This document shows, in pieces, positions 15,258 through 28,329 of a DNA stretch of 64,000 nt. Position 1 is the first letter of the stretch. Each line of letters opens with the position of its first letter. The DNA lies in NCBI RefSeq assembly GCF_001194135.2, contig NC_068992.1:5356681-5420680 (forward strand), read 5' to 3'. The translations under genes and the position numbers were made by a program. The notes beneath the pieces were generated by a model that was not told the origin of the DNA, made no database searches, and worked only from the letters and a program-made list of their open reading frames with translations. The DNA comes from Octopus bimaculoides (taxonomy: Eukaryota).

Positions 15258-15288
15258 ACTTCATCTTCTTCGTCATTGGACCAATGAG
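15258..15288 (+). CDS. Candidate 31-nt internal exon of an unidentified gene
   Basis: TTTAG acceptor and GAG|GTAAAT donor. It is frame-compatible with the 27696 candidate in two frames. Such a short signal can occur by chance. Confidence 0.18.
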
Positions 15289-15740
15289 GTAAATATAAGA
15301 TCTATAATTGTTTACTTACGATTTCCACAAAAAAAAATACTAACGTACGGCAACAATATAAGATATTAACGTTCCATTATGCCTGTCTTTGGGTAAATGA
15401 AAATTATCACGCGATTGCATCAGATAATTATACCTGAGTCATGATGGAGAGATATCAAAAAAGTGGGGAAGACTAAAAAAAATACGATAAAAAAAAAACA
15501 ATTATATCAGAGAAAATTAAATACTAAATAAATCTTCATTAAGAAAATAAATTTATTATCCTTGTCAGATTTTTATATAACCTCATTAAAATGTTTTCAT
15601 TTATAAGAAATCATTTTAGAGTTAATTGCAGCGTTATAGCATATGATTGTTTGAAATTTGAAATATTAATATCTGACAAAGTTCAGGTATGCAATTACTG
15701 TGTAAACAACAGCTACGACAAACTGATTTTTTTAATTAAT

Positions 15741-15753
15741 ATTATTATTATTA

Positions 15754-15833
<80 letters not shown>

Positions 15834-15955
15834 GTTCCTGTTGTTGTTGTTGCTGTTGTTGTTGTTGTTGTTTTTATTGTTGTTATTGTAGTTATTATTG
15901 TTATTGTGGATGTTGTTGTTGCTGGTGGTGTACGTAATCATGATGATGTTATATG
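15741..15955. repeat. Graded triplet array (ATT)n to (GTT)n to (GAT/GCT)n
   Basis: Directly visible. Confidence 0.95.
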
Positions 15956-16382
15956 ATAAATAATAAAGAAAACAAAGGTATCTCTTTCGCATGAAGAGGA
16001 AAAACACAGTCAGTAAGAGTGGAATGATAAGAGAAGGAAGAATTAAACGACAGAGAAGAAAAGAGAATACGTAGAATTTTTTTATCATCAACATCATTAT
16101 CATTTCAATAAATGAAAATATATTAAAGAAAAAAAAAGTCACTTTATGATTGATTTATATAAGAAACCAAAAAATTACTTTTTGTATCTCAAATACTTTG
16201 AAGAAAATTGTTGATACAGAAACTCTAAACATACTCTCATAAGTACATACATATTTCTAAACAGGTACACACACACATACACACACATATACATATATAC
16301 ATATATATATTTAGTACACAAACATACACGCACAGATCTAAGATATGTAATCATACATACACAGACACAAACACACACATAC

Positions 16383-16435
<53 letters not shown>

Positions 16436-17175
16436 CAGGGATACATAATACACATACACACATATATACCCATACTTTATATATACACACACACTGATGC
16501 ACGTATATATATTCAATATATATTCATCTATGTATAATTTATATATTTATATATGCATACTTGTATATATGTATATACGTGTATATATGAAAATTGAGAT
16601 TTATTAAGGTGATAAACACATCTGAACGTGGTAAAATTTAATGTTATGGAGGGCCTTATCTTTCAGCGGCCTAACATTTTCACATTTTTATTATAGCTGT
16701 CAGACTTCAATTTAAGTTTATCACATTCCCATGAAATGAATACTATTAATTTTAAATGCAACTTGCTATTGGCTATACACACGCTTTATCAGTATGCCCC
16801 TATGTATAATATATAAGTTTTCGTTCTTCCTGAAAGTTTATAGCTCTTGCTAAATTGGTAAAACATATATTATTTGACAAGAACTAAATAAGTCTTTCAT
16901 GTAGTAAACTGATGGCTTGGCCTGCAGCAGTAATTTTTCATCAGATCGGTCGAAGAAAACGTATGATTCGGTCAAAGGGAAACAATGAGAAAGATATGGA
17001 CAATATATTATTACATGATCCTTGTAATAATAGGAACAGTAGTAGTTGTATTGATGAAGGTGGTAGGAAAGCCGATGAAGTAGCCTTTTGCCTACACTGT
17101 GATTAAAACTTCAAGGAATGGCCGTAACAAACTTAGTTGAATATGTTTTTGATTAAAACGATTATCCTGTTTGAC

Positions 17176-17178
<3 letters not shown>

Positions 17179-17230
<52 letters not shown>

Positions 17231-17293
17231 CACTGCTGATAATAATAATAATAATCACAACAACAATAATAGTAATAATAATAATAATAATAA
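17179..17293. repeat. (AAT)n microsatellite beside the LINE 3' end
   Basis: Directly visible. Confidence 0.95.
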
Positions 17294-17344
17294 CAATGTT
17301 TCTTCTGCTTCTTCTCATCGTTATTGTGGTTGTTTTACTTTTGG

Positions 17345-19168
17345 CAGTATCAGGCAAGTTCCTATTGCATCACCTCGTACATCTCCGTGATGCTGAGGGA
17401 GTGAATAGTATTGTGCCTTCGTTATCGTTGTTGGAGGAGTGCAGACACTTCCCGCTATTGTATTGCATCAATTGCTTTTGTTATGCGGTCTGGTGCAATA
17501 TTTGAAGCTATTAGTGTGTGTATCGTATCTTATGTGTGTAATGTGTTGGGTATCTAGCATGCTGGTGGTTATTTAATCTACTGGATATTGACTATATACA
17601 GTGTGTCTTTTCTTTGTGGATTGCTGTGTTTGAATTGCATTACTGAATTGATAATGTATTGCGTAGGATGCGAGCTGTTATGAGCAGATCTATTTTGGTG
17701 TAGTGTAGCGTGTTGGGTGTCCAGGTACAGCTTCTACATTTTTGTCCATGTTTTTTCTTTATTTTATCATACACAATGTTACAATTATTACTAGTACTTT
17801 CATCATCATGTCCAAATTCTTGAACTCGTCAATTTCGAGGAATTTGTACTTTCACCATTTTTCCCAATTCCTTTTGGGCAATATATTTGTCAGAATGGTG
17901 TACCATGACTCTCAGTACGCAGATGAATTTTTACTCTATCTTTGATGGTTATGACTCTATCTTTGATGGTTATGACTCTATCCTTGATGGTTATGACTCT
18001 ATCTTTGATGGTTATGACTATCTTTGATGGTTATGACTCTATCCTTGATGGTTATGACGATCTTTGATGGTTATGACTCTATCCTTGATGGTTATGACTA
18101 GGTGATTTGCTTTCATTTCTTTGTCAGATGGAAAAAAAGCATATTCCAGATTATTGTGACCTGGCCGTCGATATGTACCTTGTCTAGCACACGTTTATAC
18201 CATTCGTATGCTGTAGTGTTGGCATATTGTCCAGTAGATATAACAACTTACTCTGTCATGTCTGTGTTTATATTCAGATTTCGTAAGGACTAAACAGCCA
18301 TAGATGATGAAGTTAACTGTCAAATTATATTGGTTGCTCATTCTGAATTTAATATGACGGCCTGTTTTCATGATTTTGCTTTTAAACTTGTTTGCAGTCA
18401 GGCATTGGTCTTTTGCTGCGAGAATCAGTCCTTCTGATTCAGCTCAAAGTCTATAGCTTTTGTGCCATTGTTGGCTTTTACTTACGTTCACTTCTTCTAT
18501 GTCAAGTCTTGTAGGTTATTGGCCATGGATTGATTCGTCTCTCCATTTCTTCTTTAGTCTATTTTGTAGATCTATTTCCATGTTATTTTTCCTCTCTTTG
18601 ACTATTTCTGTTATGTCGTCATCTGAGATCAGAGAATTAGTGTAATTTATTCCTGTTTTGTATTTTGTCGCCTTCTTGTATAAAGAGAAAAGCATTTTCT
18701 TTTCCTGGTGATGCTTTATTACATATTGCAGTCTTCCACTTTTTGTTTCTAAGAACTTTTCAAGTCCAAAAGTTGTTACGCTTTCAATTCTGTGTGTTGT
18801 GATTTGGCTATTTCGGCTGCTCCTAGATGAGCTAGGTATTTGTACATGTGACTGTGGTCTAACTCTCTGATTTCTGTGACTGTGTCATGTGCAGTATTTT
18901 CAGTGCTGATTAACTTGCACATTCTGAGTGTCACTTCGGCACATATAACCAGCACCATGATCCTATTGCTGAAAGTATGTACAATTCCGAGAAGGTTTCT
19001 CTGTTCCGTAGCATTTTTAGGGAACACTTGTAAATCACCCATGAAAAGGAGATGGTTCCGTGTCCATAGCACCTGTACCCGATTGTGGTTTCATTTCATA
19101 AGTTTGTTAACGGTGTCAAAGCGAGGTAGGAAAGCAAGTATGACAGCGATTCTCCATTGAAAACACCT
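17345..19168 (-). mobile_element. 5'-truncated, degenerate R4/Dong-like non-LTR retrotransposon (RT core, zinc-knuckle region, restriction-like endonuclease, 3' UTR)
   Basis: Minus-strand translation with frameshifts gives GVFNGESLSYLL (GIFQGDSLSPLL-like) and NHLLFMGDL (degenerate YMDD; FMGD at 19034-19045). It continues WRDESIHGQ, AESEGLILAAKDQ, EYKHRHDRVSCYIYWTICQHY, and ends KIDLLITARILRNTLSIQ* (stop at 17640-17642). Confidence 0.9.
17933..18100. repeat. Minisatellite, 8 copies of the 21-bp unit ACTCTATC(T/C)TTGATGGTTATG (two copies are 19 bp)
   Basis: Units start at 17933, 17954, 17975, 17996, 18017 (19 bp), 18036, 18057 (19 bp) and 18076. Confidence 0.97.
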
Positions 19169-19209
19169 ATTTTTATGTTAATTGGCTAGTATTAATGACT
19201 TATGAATCA

Positions 19210-19610
19210 CTTTTCAGTGTTATACTGGTTTTTCCGTTTGCCATTACATGTTTCATATATTTTAATAGCATTGGAGCTACTTTATTTGTGCGGGTTGTGT
19301 CTAATATCTATGCTCGACGGCTTACTTCAACTCATCTATGCAAGATGTGGGGTTCCGCAATGCGGGGCACGGAAATGACGGAACACTTTGCATGACTGCT
19401 TCTGTCATTATTTCCTGTCAATATTTCCAAGTTTTGGATCTCATATCATAACAGTCGTCCTTGACAAAACAGGGCATCCGTCAAGAAATGTGGGCGCAAT
19501 TAATAAGTCAGTTATTTTCATAGCGCGTAGTATGCCCTTGTGCCATTGCAAATTGAGGGTGAGTGTTTGCCTTCTCGTATATCACAAGGGTGCCAATACA
19601 AACAACCAGT
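19210..19610 (-). pseudogene. Heavily eroded Helitron/PIF1-like helicase C-terminal fragment
   Basis: With frameshifts the minus strand gives, in the expected order, IGTLVI..SPSICNGTR, MT..QSCKV (MTINKSQGQSLKV-like), HRELK*AV (HGQLYVA-like) and NGKT near the end. The alignment is by eye only. Confidence 0.4.
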
Positions 19611-20743
19611 TACAAATAAAAGCTCAATGAAAAGTTAATACTCATATATTTTATACATTTTATTACACCCGAAATATATTTATTGAATCTTTGGCATTTT
19701 ATAGATATTTTAAAAACGTATTTTCGATCTTTACAAATGAAACACAGATTTTATATTTGTTAAAAATTTGTATCTTTCTCCCGGCAATTTGGCGCGACAT
19801 AAGTACTAAAACAAAAACATACAGTCTCTTTAGTTTCTTCAACAAATATCTTTTTCTCAGTGATTTGTTATTGCTTGATCAATACTAAAGTCATGTCGAA
19901 ATATTCTATTCATATTTTGTATTTTTCCCTAAACTATCGATAAAGAAATAAATCTTTTCTATCAGGAAAAACTTATTTATGGAGCAACTTCGAAATTATA
20001 AGCAAACACTTATATTCTAATATCAAATATTTCTAGTATAATGAAAGAGGTGAACAAAATCTTTATAAGTTTAAAAACTAATTCAATAAAAGTACATATA
20101 AATGTGACAAGATTTCCGACAAGCTGGAGACCGAAACAAAAAACGTTTTGTTCATTAATCAAAAGGATAGCATATCTCACGATTGAATTCAAAATCATTG
20201 TGATTGATACTAAAACCTACAGTGTGTATTGAGTAGAGTCTGACAAGGTTATCATGCCAGGAGCCAAAGCCAGCAATAGAAACACACCTCAGCCAATAGC
20301 AAGAGAAGATCAATGCTGAAATCGATAAAGCTAGTTGTTGGAAGGTAATTGATTATACATAGCCTTGTCGCTCTCTACCTGGATGAAGCAGACATCAACA
20401 AGTGAAGCACGTTTATCTAATAACATGCATTGTTAAGGGGTTTTCTTTCCGCTTTTGTATACTTAGTTATTCTATAAAAATATTTCTAAGCTCAAAAGCC
20501 AAAAAAGAAAAAAAGGAAAAAGAAAAAGTGGTTAAATTATTATCCAAAACACACTTCAGTTCACATGACAAACTTCTGAGAGTGTTTTCTGTATACAGCT
20601 AAAAAAATTGTTAGCTGATAAATAAATTGGCTTCCCAAGATCTATATTAAACTTCAAGCTGTACATTAATCAGTTGAGTGCCTAACATATTGAAGGAATT
20701 CTCAGGAAAGTTATACATACATGCATGCATACATACATGCATA

Positions 20744-20778
<35 letters not shown>

Positions 20779-21799
20779 NNNNNNNNNNNNNNNNNNNNNN
20801 NNNNNNNNNNNNNNNNNNNNNNNNNNNNNNNNNNNNNNNNNNNNNNNNNNNNNNNNNNNNNNNNNNNNNNNNNNNNNNNNNNNNNNNNNNNNNNNNNNNN
20901 NNNNNNNNNNNNNNNNNNNNNNNNNNNNNNNNNNNNNNNNNNNNNNNNNNNNNNNNNNNNNNNNNNNNNNNNNNNNTTCCTTGCAAAAAATAGATTAATT
21001 AAGAAAACTAAAATAGAAATAGCACTCCATGTTATTCGAAAACGTTATACTGTTGTGGTTTCGTCTTTGCTTCTCTTATCATAATGTTATTGACATGGCA
21101 TCTATAGCATCATACTCCCTGAGCTTACAAGTGTAATATAACATCAGAGATTTGCTACCAGACTTTAAAGAGAACATTTAATTCTATAGCAATGAGTATT
21201 CTACTTTCAGAAAATAGGCAAACATACTGGGACAAGTAGTATGATTAAATTCGTAGTACTGCTGGTTATGGAGTCATACGTTTTCCCCAATCACTTTGAG
21301 GTATATAAAACGCTCGCTATCTAAATTAGAGGGATATCAACATAGAATATGTCAGTGCGACCAAGTCAGTACGTAGTAACAGGATTTCAACACAGATACA
21401 ACTACAATGTTTGAGCAATAAAAAAAAGAACAATAATCTCCATATTGTGCGTTACGTTGTGTGTGTGGCAATTGAAATCTTGTATCATTTATGAAGCCTT
21501 GTTATATTTTGGGCATATTTCATGTATTGCAGTGAATCAGATAATATTAGTAAATAAAACACACTTACTCACCTTTGTTTAAAGTACGTTATCCGCTATA
21601 ATATTCAAAAACTATCTTTATGTATTTATTGAACGGGAAGATCATTTATATGTTTAAATTTCTCTTAAGATTTCCCAGTTAAAGTGCATATTCACTTTAA
21701 AACAATTTAAAACGAAATTGTCAAAAATGTGTTTACAAAGAAAATATTACTTCCTTTGTAGACAAATTTTTATCTCACTGTCAGGAAATTCGAAGAAAT

Positions 21800-22364
21800 C
21801 AAAATTGGATATTTCTCTTCTCGAGATTTTTGCTCACTGTTCCCAGGGCCCCGACAATTATGAGTACTACTGCTACATCATTTTTCATCGACCACAACTA
21901 CTTAACTTCCCAACCTGTCGTATCTCTTGACATTTCTTTCTTCCTTATCGCATAGCTTGTTGTCAGCTGGGCATGCAATATCTATGATCCAGCATAGTGT
22001 GTTTTCTTCCTCAATTAGGACTATGCCTGGCTACTTATTCGCTATCCCATGCCAGCACTGAATCATAAAGTCCCATAGGATCTTTGCATTTCCATTTCTG
22101 ACGATGCCTTCAGATTTGGTGTCATACCAATATTTTGCTCTGCCAAGTCCATACTTGTTGCAAAGTATCCAATGGACAACCCTGGCTATATTGCTGTGGG
22201 GTCTCTTATATTCCTTCTGGACTAGTGGAGTACATTGGCTGGTAATTGCCCATACGGCTTCACCATTGGGTCCACAGATTCTGCACTTATCACTTTCTGC
22301 TGTGTTGTCTATTCTGTTGCTTATGTAGTTTGTTCTTAGTACTCTGTTTCCAGTTTTAAATCAC

Positions 22365-22366
<2 letters not shown>
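21800..22366 (-). mobile_element. Second R4/Dong-like LINE fragment (zinc knuckle plus restriction-like endonuclease), a different subfamily
   Basis: The minus strand reads LRTNYISNRIDNTAESDKCRICGPNGEAVWAITSQC..EYKRPHSNIARVVHWILCNKYGL..KILWDFMIQ..CWIIDIACPAD..IIVGALGTVSKNLEK. The 5' break abuts a (TAA)n array. Confidence 0.88.

Positions 22367-22453
<87 letters not shown>
22365..22453. repeat. (TTA)n microsatellite at the 5' junction of the LINE fragment
   Basis: Directly visible. Confidence 0.97.
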
Positions 22454-22454
<1 letters not shown>

Positions 22455-22459
22455 GGAGA

Positions 22460-22620
22460 ATCGTTACTATAGCGGGATTGTGAGTTTAAATTTCGTCAAA
22501 TTCGATTTTGCATTTCATCCTTTCGCAGTCCAGAAAATAAATATGAATAGGACACATGAATTAAGGTAATCAACTTAAAGACACTACTAAAATTTACGTG
22601 CATTTTGACAAAATTTCAAT
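22460..22620 (+). mobile_element. Old degenerate SINE copy (family of 8606)
   Basis: GAGTTTAAATTTCGTCAAATTCGATTTTGCATTTCATCCTTTCG aligns to 8677-8720. Confidence 0.5.
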
Positions 22621-23161
22621 CCATTGTCCTGTGCTGGAACTTTCAAAATTCGTCTTCAAACGAATAGAATCCTCTCCTGTATATTGTTCTTCATTATGAG
22701 AAATATATCTTCATTAACGCTCTACGAGCGTCAAATATTTAGCTATTAAATTAAAATTAATATTAAGCATATTTTAAAGATATTTATTTACATAATTCTA
22801 TATTCTACTCAATGCTGGAAAACATTCGGTACAAAGCCATTACACATTTTGAAGTTCATTTAATAAATTTGATAAGTAATAATGTACATAATATATTAAT
22901 TACATTAAAGATAAAGGAAAATTAACGAGAAATAGCACCGACAAGAAAATAAATATGAAAAACCTCGACGCTATTTGCTATTTCACTCGCTAAATACCAC
23001 TTAACAGCAACAGAAAAGTTAATCTAAAACCAATTTCTTTGATTAATTTTTGCATTTAGAAATAATTGCCCCAAGAGATCACTACATTTTAAACATTTAC
23101 TTTCCTTCATTCAAAAATCATTGCATTTCTGGGAAAAATGTTCTCTCCTAACAATGGCTAA

Positions 23162-23212
<51 letters not shown>

Positions 23213-23243
23213 GTACGATTCACTGGTCGGTAAAAATTATGAC

Positions 23244-23267
23244 ATAATAATAATAATAATAATAATA

Positions 23268-23338
<71 letters not shown>
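23244..23338. repeat. (AAT)n directly fused to (ATT)n (fold-back microsatellite)
   Basis: The strand switch is at AATT, 23267-23270. Confidence 0.95.
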
Positions 23339-23339
<1 letters not shown>

Positions 23340-26300
23340 GTTATAAAAATAATATTAACAATAATAACATTAACAATAATAATTATAATAATAATGTATA
23401 TATTTACGTATATAAAAATGCATTTGTGCATGTGTTTATGCGGATGTGCGCGTGAACGTGTGTATGTATATGTGTAGGCATGTGTATCTTTAATATTCGT
23501 GTAAGTCTGTATGTTTATGTAGAAAACTTGGTGAATTGAATAATTTATAAATACAAACGTACTAAATCGGTACGTATGGAAATATTATACTACTGCGATA
23601 TCATGTACCGAACTGACCGTTGGAATATCGGTATATCAACAATATAGTCGATACTCATGAACAAAGGATTCAACTTCGAAGCAATGGCATTTAATCTGCC
23701 ATGCAAGAGAAATATGAACATCGACTGTTGTGAGCAGAGCGTAATTGCTGCAGCCGAACGTCTCTCCCCAAATATGTGGCCTCAGGCGCATTTCCATATA
23801 CTTCTAGTCATACGTGTTTTTGTGTATGTGTATTTGTGGGTACGCCTTTGTGTCCCGTATGCAGGAATATATAAGTGTGTGTTTATATATGCCAATACAT
23901 ATAAGTAGAATTAATATTTGCATTCGAATAATACGCATTTCAGATAGCACTCATATTATTTTAATTAATCTTATATAGAATCATACTGCACCATACTAAA
24001 TGATGTTATAGACCTCCTCATCAGTCAAATTTGAATGGTTGCCATCAACATCTGATCTCATTTACAATTCACTCCCACATTCCCGACAGACATGACAGTA
24101 GAATTCTATCAGATTAGATCCATTGGTGATAGATTATTGAATTAAATTCTTCTACAAAATTCATCGTTAACCTTTCCCATTATCATCACTCATTTCAGTA
24201 ATTTTTTAACACATATGTATATGTGTACGTGTATAATTACACCCAAACACACACACAAGCACATATGCTCATATACACATGTATGTGATTATGTGTACAT
24301 ACATAAACAAGTCATACTTTCTCACACACATCAGTTGACTAAATTCTGTTACTTTCCAGCAATGTGTAGTTATGTTCTTGCTTCCAGTCTTTTATTGTAC
24401 ATTCAAACTATAACATCTGCCTGTCAATATCATCTGATTTAACTTGTTATCTAACATGTACAGTCGCAATTTGTCTACTAATTAGATATGACATGACAAA
24501 AGATGAATTTACACAATCATTTATTCTTCAATAATTCCTTCTTTCATGCAATAATTTACTGCAACAATACATGATATATGATATATAGAATAATATCTAT
24601 ATTGAGACGCTATGTTCATATTTAGAAGCATATTTATTTCTTGTCACATTTTATAATTCTACTTTAATAATATTTTAGCTTTCTATTTTAGTTAGAATTT
24701 GCACTGCATTTCAGTGTATCTGTGTATCTGTATATATTATCCTTAAGACATATTATTTAACTCTTATTTATTCCTTTAAAGATATATAAATCTTAAACTG
24801 TTGGGTGATGTAAGTGATTGTAATTGTACCATTGCCAATAAACCATAAATTTTCATAAACGCATCCTAATTACTTCACGTTAATTTTAAATTTAGAGTAG
24901 TTCTACACGCATTCATTTAGAATAATAGTGTAATAACGCATTTGGAATTTCACTAAGGAAAGATATTTCAATTAAATGATATTAGAAAATAAGAAAAGCG
25001 AGACTCAGTTGTAATGATAAGAGACTTCGACATGTGGCATTGAAGGATATTTCACTTGTCTCGAAATATAAACCTAAAACTCATAAATACATGAAGAGAA
25101 GAAATAGACTTCAGAGAAAATAGAACTAAAGATACGATGCACTATTCCTTGAAAAGTAGGTATAGTAGTGGTTGCCTTGTTCTTCGTCAACTCTCTTCGA
25201 TCGTAGAGGGTTGATTTGTGGTTTAATAAACAATAATTAAAAAATATTATTTAAATTATTTGTTGTCAAAATACCGTGCAAATTTAGAGCTTAATGATGT
25301 AAAATTATGGTTTAAAAAAAATGAAACGAATTTGTCTTGCATCGTATCTAAGAGCTTCCGGGATATTTGAGACAAACAAGTGAATAATCAGAAAAACATA
25401 ATTAGAGTTTCTCACACCAGGCTATCTAATCCATGACAATATACTCCATCTAATAGTGTTTTGCTGCCGATTTCAACTTGCGCTTCATCGCATAACAAAA
25501 ATGAAATAACAATGACCTAGGCACAGCGGTATTATTAATGAGTCAGTAAGTAAGTTGCCCGTAGTTATCGTCTACAAGATAGACTAACATCTATGAGACA
25601 CGTCTTAATAGAATAATCTATTGCGACACATGGAGAAGTAACAGACTATATTATAATTACGTATATTAAGGAATGAAAGCCGCCACCTTATTATATTTAT
25701 GACAATATTTCACTGCACAAACAGAGCACAAAGGATCAATTCATCTTGAGGTTTTAAAAACGAAACAATAGATATCAGATTGCCATCGCTTGGATCACTT
25801 CCCTCAGAAATCTGGTTAATCAGATTTACCCTCGAATTTAAACAACCACAGCAGCAACTACACTCAACATTTTATTTTTAAAATTATTTTGTGCTGTGTA
25901 CGTAGCTACTGGGTAAATACATCAGATTCTGAATCTCTGCAGTACATCAGAGATATGCGTTATCTTCCATATCATCGGTAAAAAAAACCTATGGCTTAAT
26001 ATAATTGTAGCAACTGGTATTGGATAACAGATTTGTCTCTCTTTCGTCTTTTCAAAAATAGTCGCCATGTCACTGAAAATGTGATAAGCTTTTCCGTATA
26101 ATGATTTGAAATCCCTATATCTAAGGAAGATGATGTGGTAGAATATTTCAAAATATTTAAAAGGAACAATTTCAAATGTGGATTAAGTTTCTAACCTCCC
26201 TGACAAAGCTTGACAGTCCGAATATCTTATATCACACTCCTCGAACTCATAGGAAATACTTGTCTAACTTGACACCTTAATAACTTCAAAAATGTACGGA

Positions 26301-27184
26301 AAATGTTACTGCAACAAATATTAAACATTTCTTACTAGTAGTATATTCTGACTAGAAAAGGGCTTTATTGAAAATATTGCAGCAATCAATGGAATGAAGG
26401 ATAAATGATTCAGAGAGAAATCTTCATGTGAGAGTAGTTATTTCCATTTCATGAAAATATGGTAATTCATTTCGGCATAGACCGTTCCTAGTTTTCATAT
26501 TTTCCACTGATTTGTTACGAATGCTATCAGTGCTGGAAACAGGATAATAGTAATGACTTTGCCAATCTTCACAGGCATATTCAGCGATCTAAAATACTGC
26601 AGAAATTAAATGAATTAAGCTACTTGAATACAGAGAAGAGCATGCTATTCATAATGCACTTAACCGTTTTACTTTTTGGTCGGGGCTTAACTTGTGTTTT
26701 GGCATATCCCAGATATGTTTCCGTTCTCATTTTCTGTTACACTTTCTGGAGCGTGACTATACCATCTTTTTTCTTTTGTTATTCCATACTGGTGGCATAG
26801 CTTCCAGTGTATATAGGTTCCAACTTTGTCATTATTATTATTGTTGTTGTTTTCTTAATTTTTTTTTAAGAGAACATGCTGACAAAATCGATACCACGCC
26901 GGGTAATGATTGTGTACTTAAAATACACCGGTATTTTACTTTCTAAGGTGGAATACCCTCGAGGTCGATTTGGGATTGATAAAATAAGCAAACAATATAA
27001 GAAAGAAGTACCAATGTGTTTGCTACTGCTGACATTGTTCTTATCGCTGTCATTATGTAGGCCTGATGGCAGAAATATGACGTACAGAACACGTACATGT
27101 GATATTTCTATAGAATATAATTCGGAGTTCTAACTACGACAGTTACATTTTTTATCGTTCCTTTCATGTTAGATAAAATAAAGA

Positions 27185-27430
27185 CTCCGTCGATTGGTGA
27201 TGGATGATCATGGGATGCAAGCAGAGAGACCTACGCCAGCCTCTACGCCACCGGTGTTATCCTAGGAAAAAGCAATGGCTGATACATCGCCACTCATTTA
27301 TACAGGTGAGTAAACTAGAGCAACGTGAAATAAAGTGTCCTACTCAAGAACACAACGCACAACCCGAGGCGGAAATAGAACTTACTACCTCATGACTGTC
27401 AGCCCGACGTTCTAAATATTGAACCATGCG
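27185..27430 (-). mobile_element. tRNA-derived SINE with a CORE-like central segment
   Basis: The minus strand shows a degenerate tRNA-like head, then GTTGTGTTCTTGAGTAGGACACTTTATTTCACGTTGCTCTAGTTTACTCACCTGTATAAATGAGT, which resembles the CORE-SINE central domain. Confidence 0.6.
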
Positions 27431-27695
27431 CTTTCGATGCCAAATAATTAATTTTAGGTTATTCACTAAATCCTTTCTCCCCCAATTCTGTGTCGTACGT
27501 CGAAAGCAGACTCTATCAATAATATGTCCGTTGTTGTTGCATTTTCGCCTTAAAACAGCTGCGACGAAAGACTAAAACGGATTGCGATATATATTTCCGA
27601 TTACTAAATAAATATTTCTCATTTGAAAAGAAGCGGCGCTTTGTAAGATACTTATCTTGTACTTCGTAAGATACCAATCTTAGTTTGTTTTTCAG

Positions 27696-27749
27696 ACCAA
27701 GTGTAATAGTATTCAGCAGAAGACAGCCTCTGGGAACAAGAGTGCAAAT
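27696..27749 (+). CDS. Candidate 54-nt internal exon of an unidentified gene
   Basis: Acceptor CTTAGTTTGTTTTTCAG and donor AAT|GTATGT. It is open in two frames: TKCNSIQQKTASGNKSAN or PSVIVFSRRQPLGTRVQ. I recognise no homology. Confidence 0.33.
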
Positions 27750-28329
27750 GTATGTATCATCAACTCAATGCCGATCAACACATTAAAAATGGAGGAGGGA
27801 ATTAAAGTGTTAACAGGTAGAAATCTACGAATAACAAAATATACTTCTCTGTGTGTATTCAATTCTAATGTATTCACCTCAAGGGCCGACATTCAAGTAT
27901 AGCATTAAAATATATCTGCAATTTTATCAGTTAATCTAATGAAATATCTTGCGCGCGGAAACATGTATCTACCTACATAAATATGAATATATACTTATCA
28001 CACACACAAGCACACACANNNNNNNNNNNNNNNNNNNNNNNNNNNNNNNNNNNNNNNNNNNNNNNNNNNNNNNNNNNNNNNNNNNNNNNNNNNNNNNNNN
28101 NNNNNNNNNNNNNNNATATATATATATATATATATATACTACCGTTAGGAGCCGTGTGGTATGTACATTTAACTCAAGAATTGACAGTAATATCAGGTAC
28201 ATAAACTACAGTTTACGGTGCATGGAGGGAGTTTCTAAGAACAGGAAAATAGTTTACATTAAGAAGACGTCTACGAGTTAATCGGAGAGGCGAAGCGGAC
28301 ACCGGCGAGATAATTACGACGGAAAAATT

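Noticed and set aside
21563-21595. Perfect minus-strand donor AAG|GTGAGTAAGT
   Set aside because: It is isolated, the upstream acceptor is weak, and the putative exon is only 23 nt.
26492-26800. 102-codon open frame with a hydrophobic C-terminus
   Set aside because: Several frames of this length are expected in 64 kb, and the hydrophobicity reflects T-richness.
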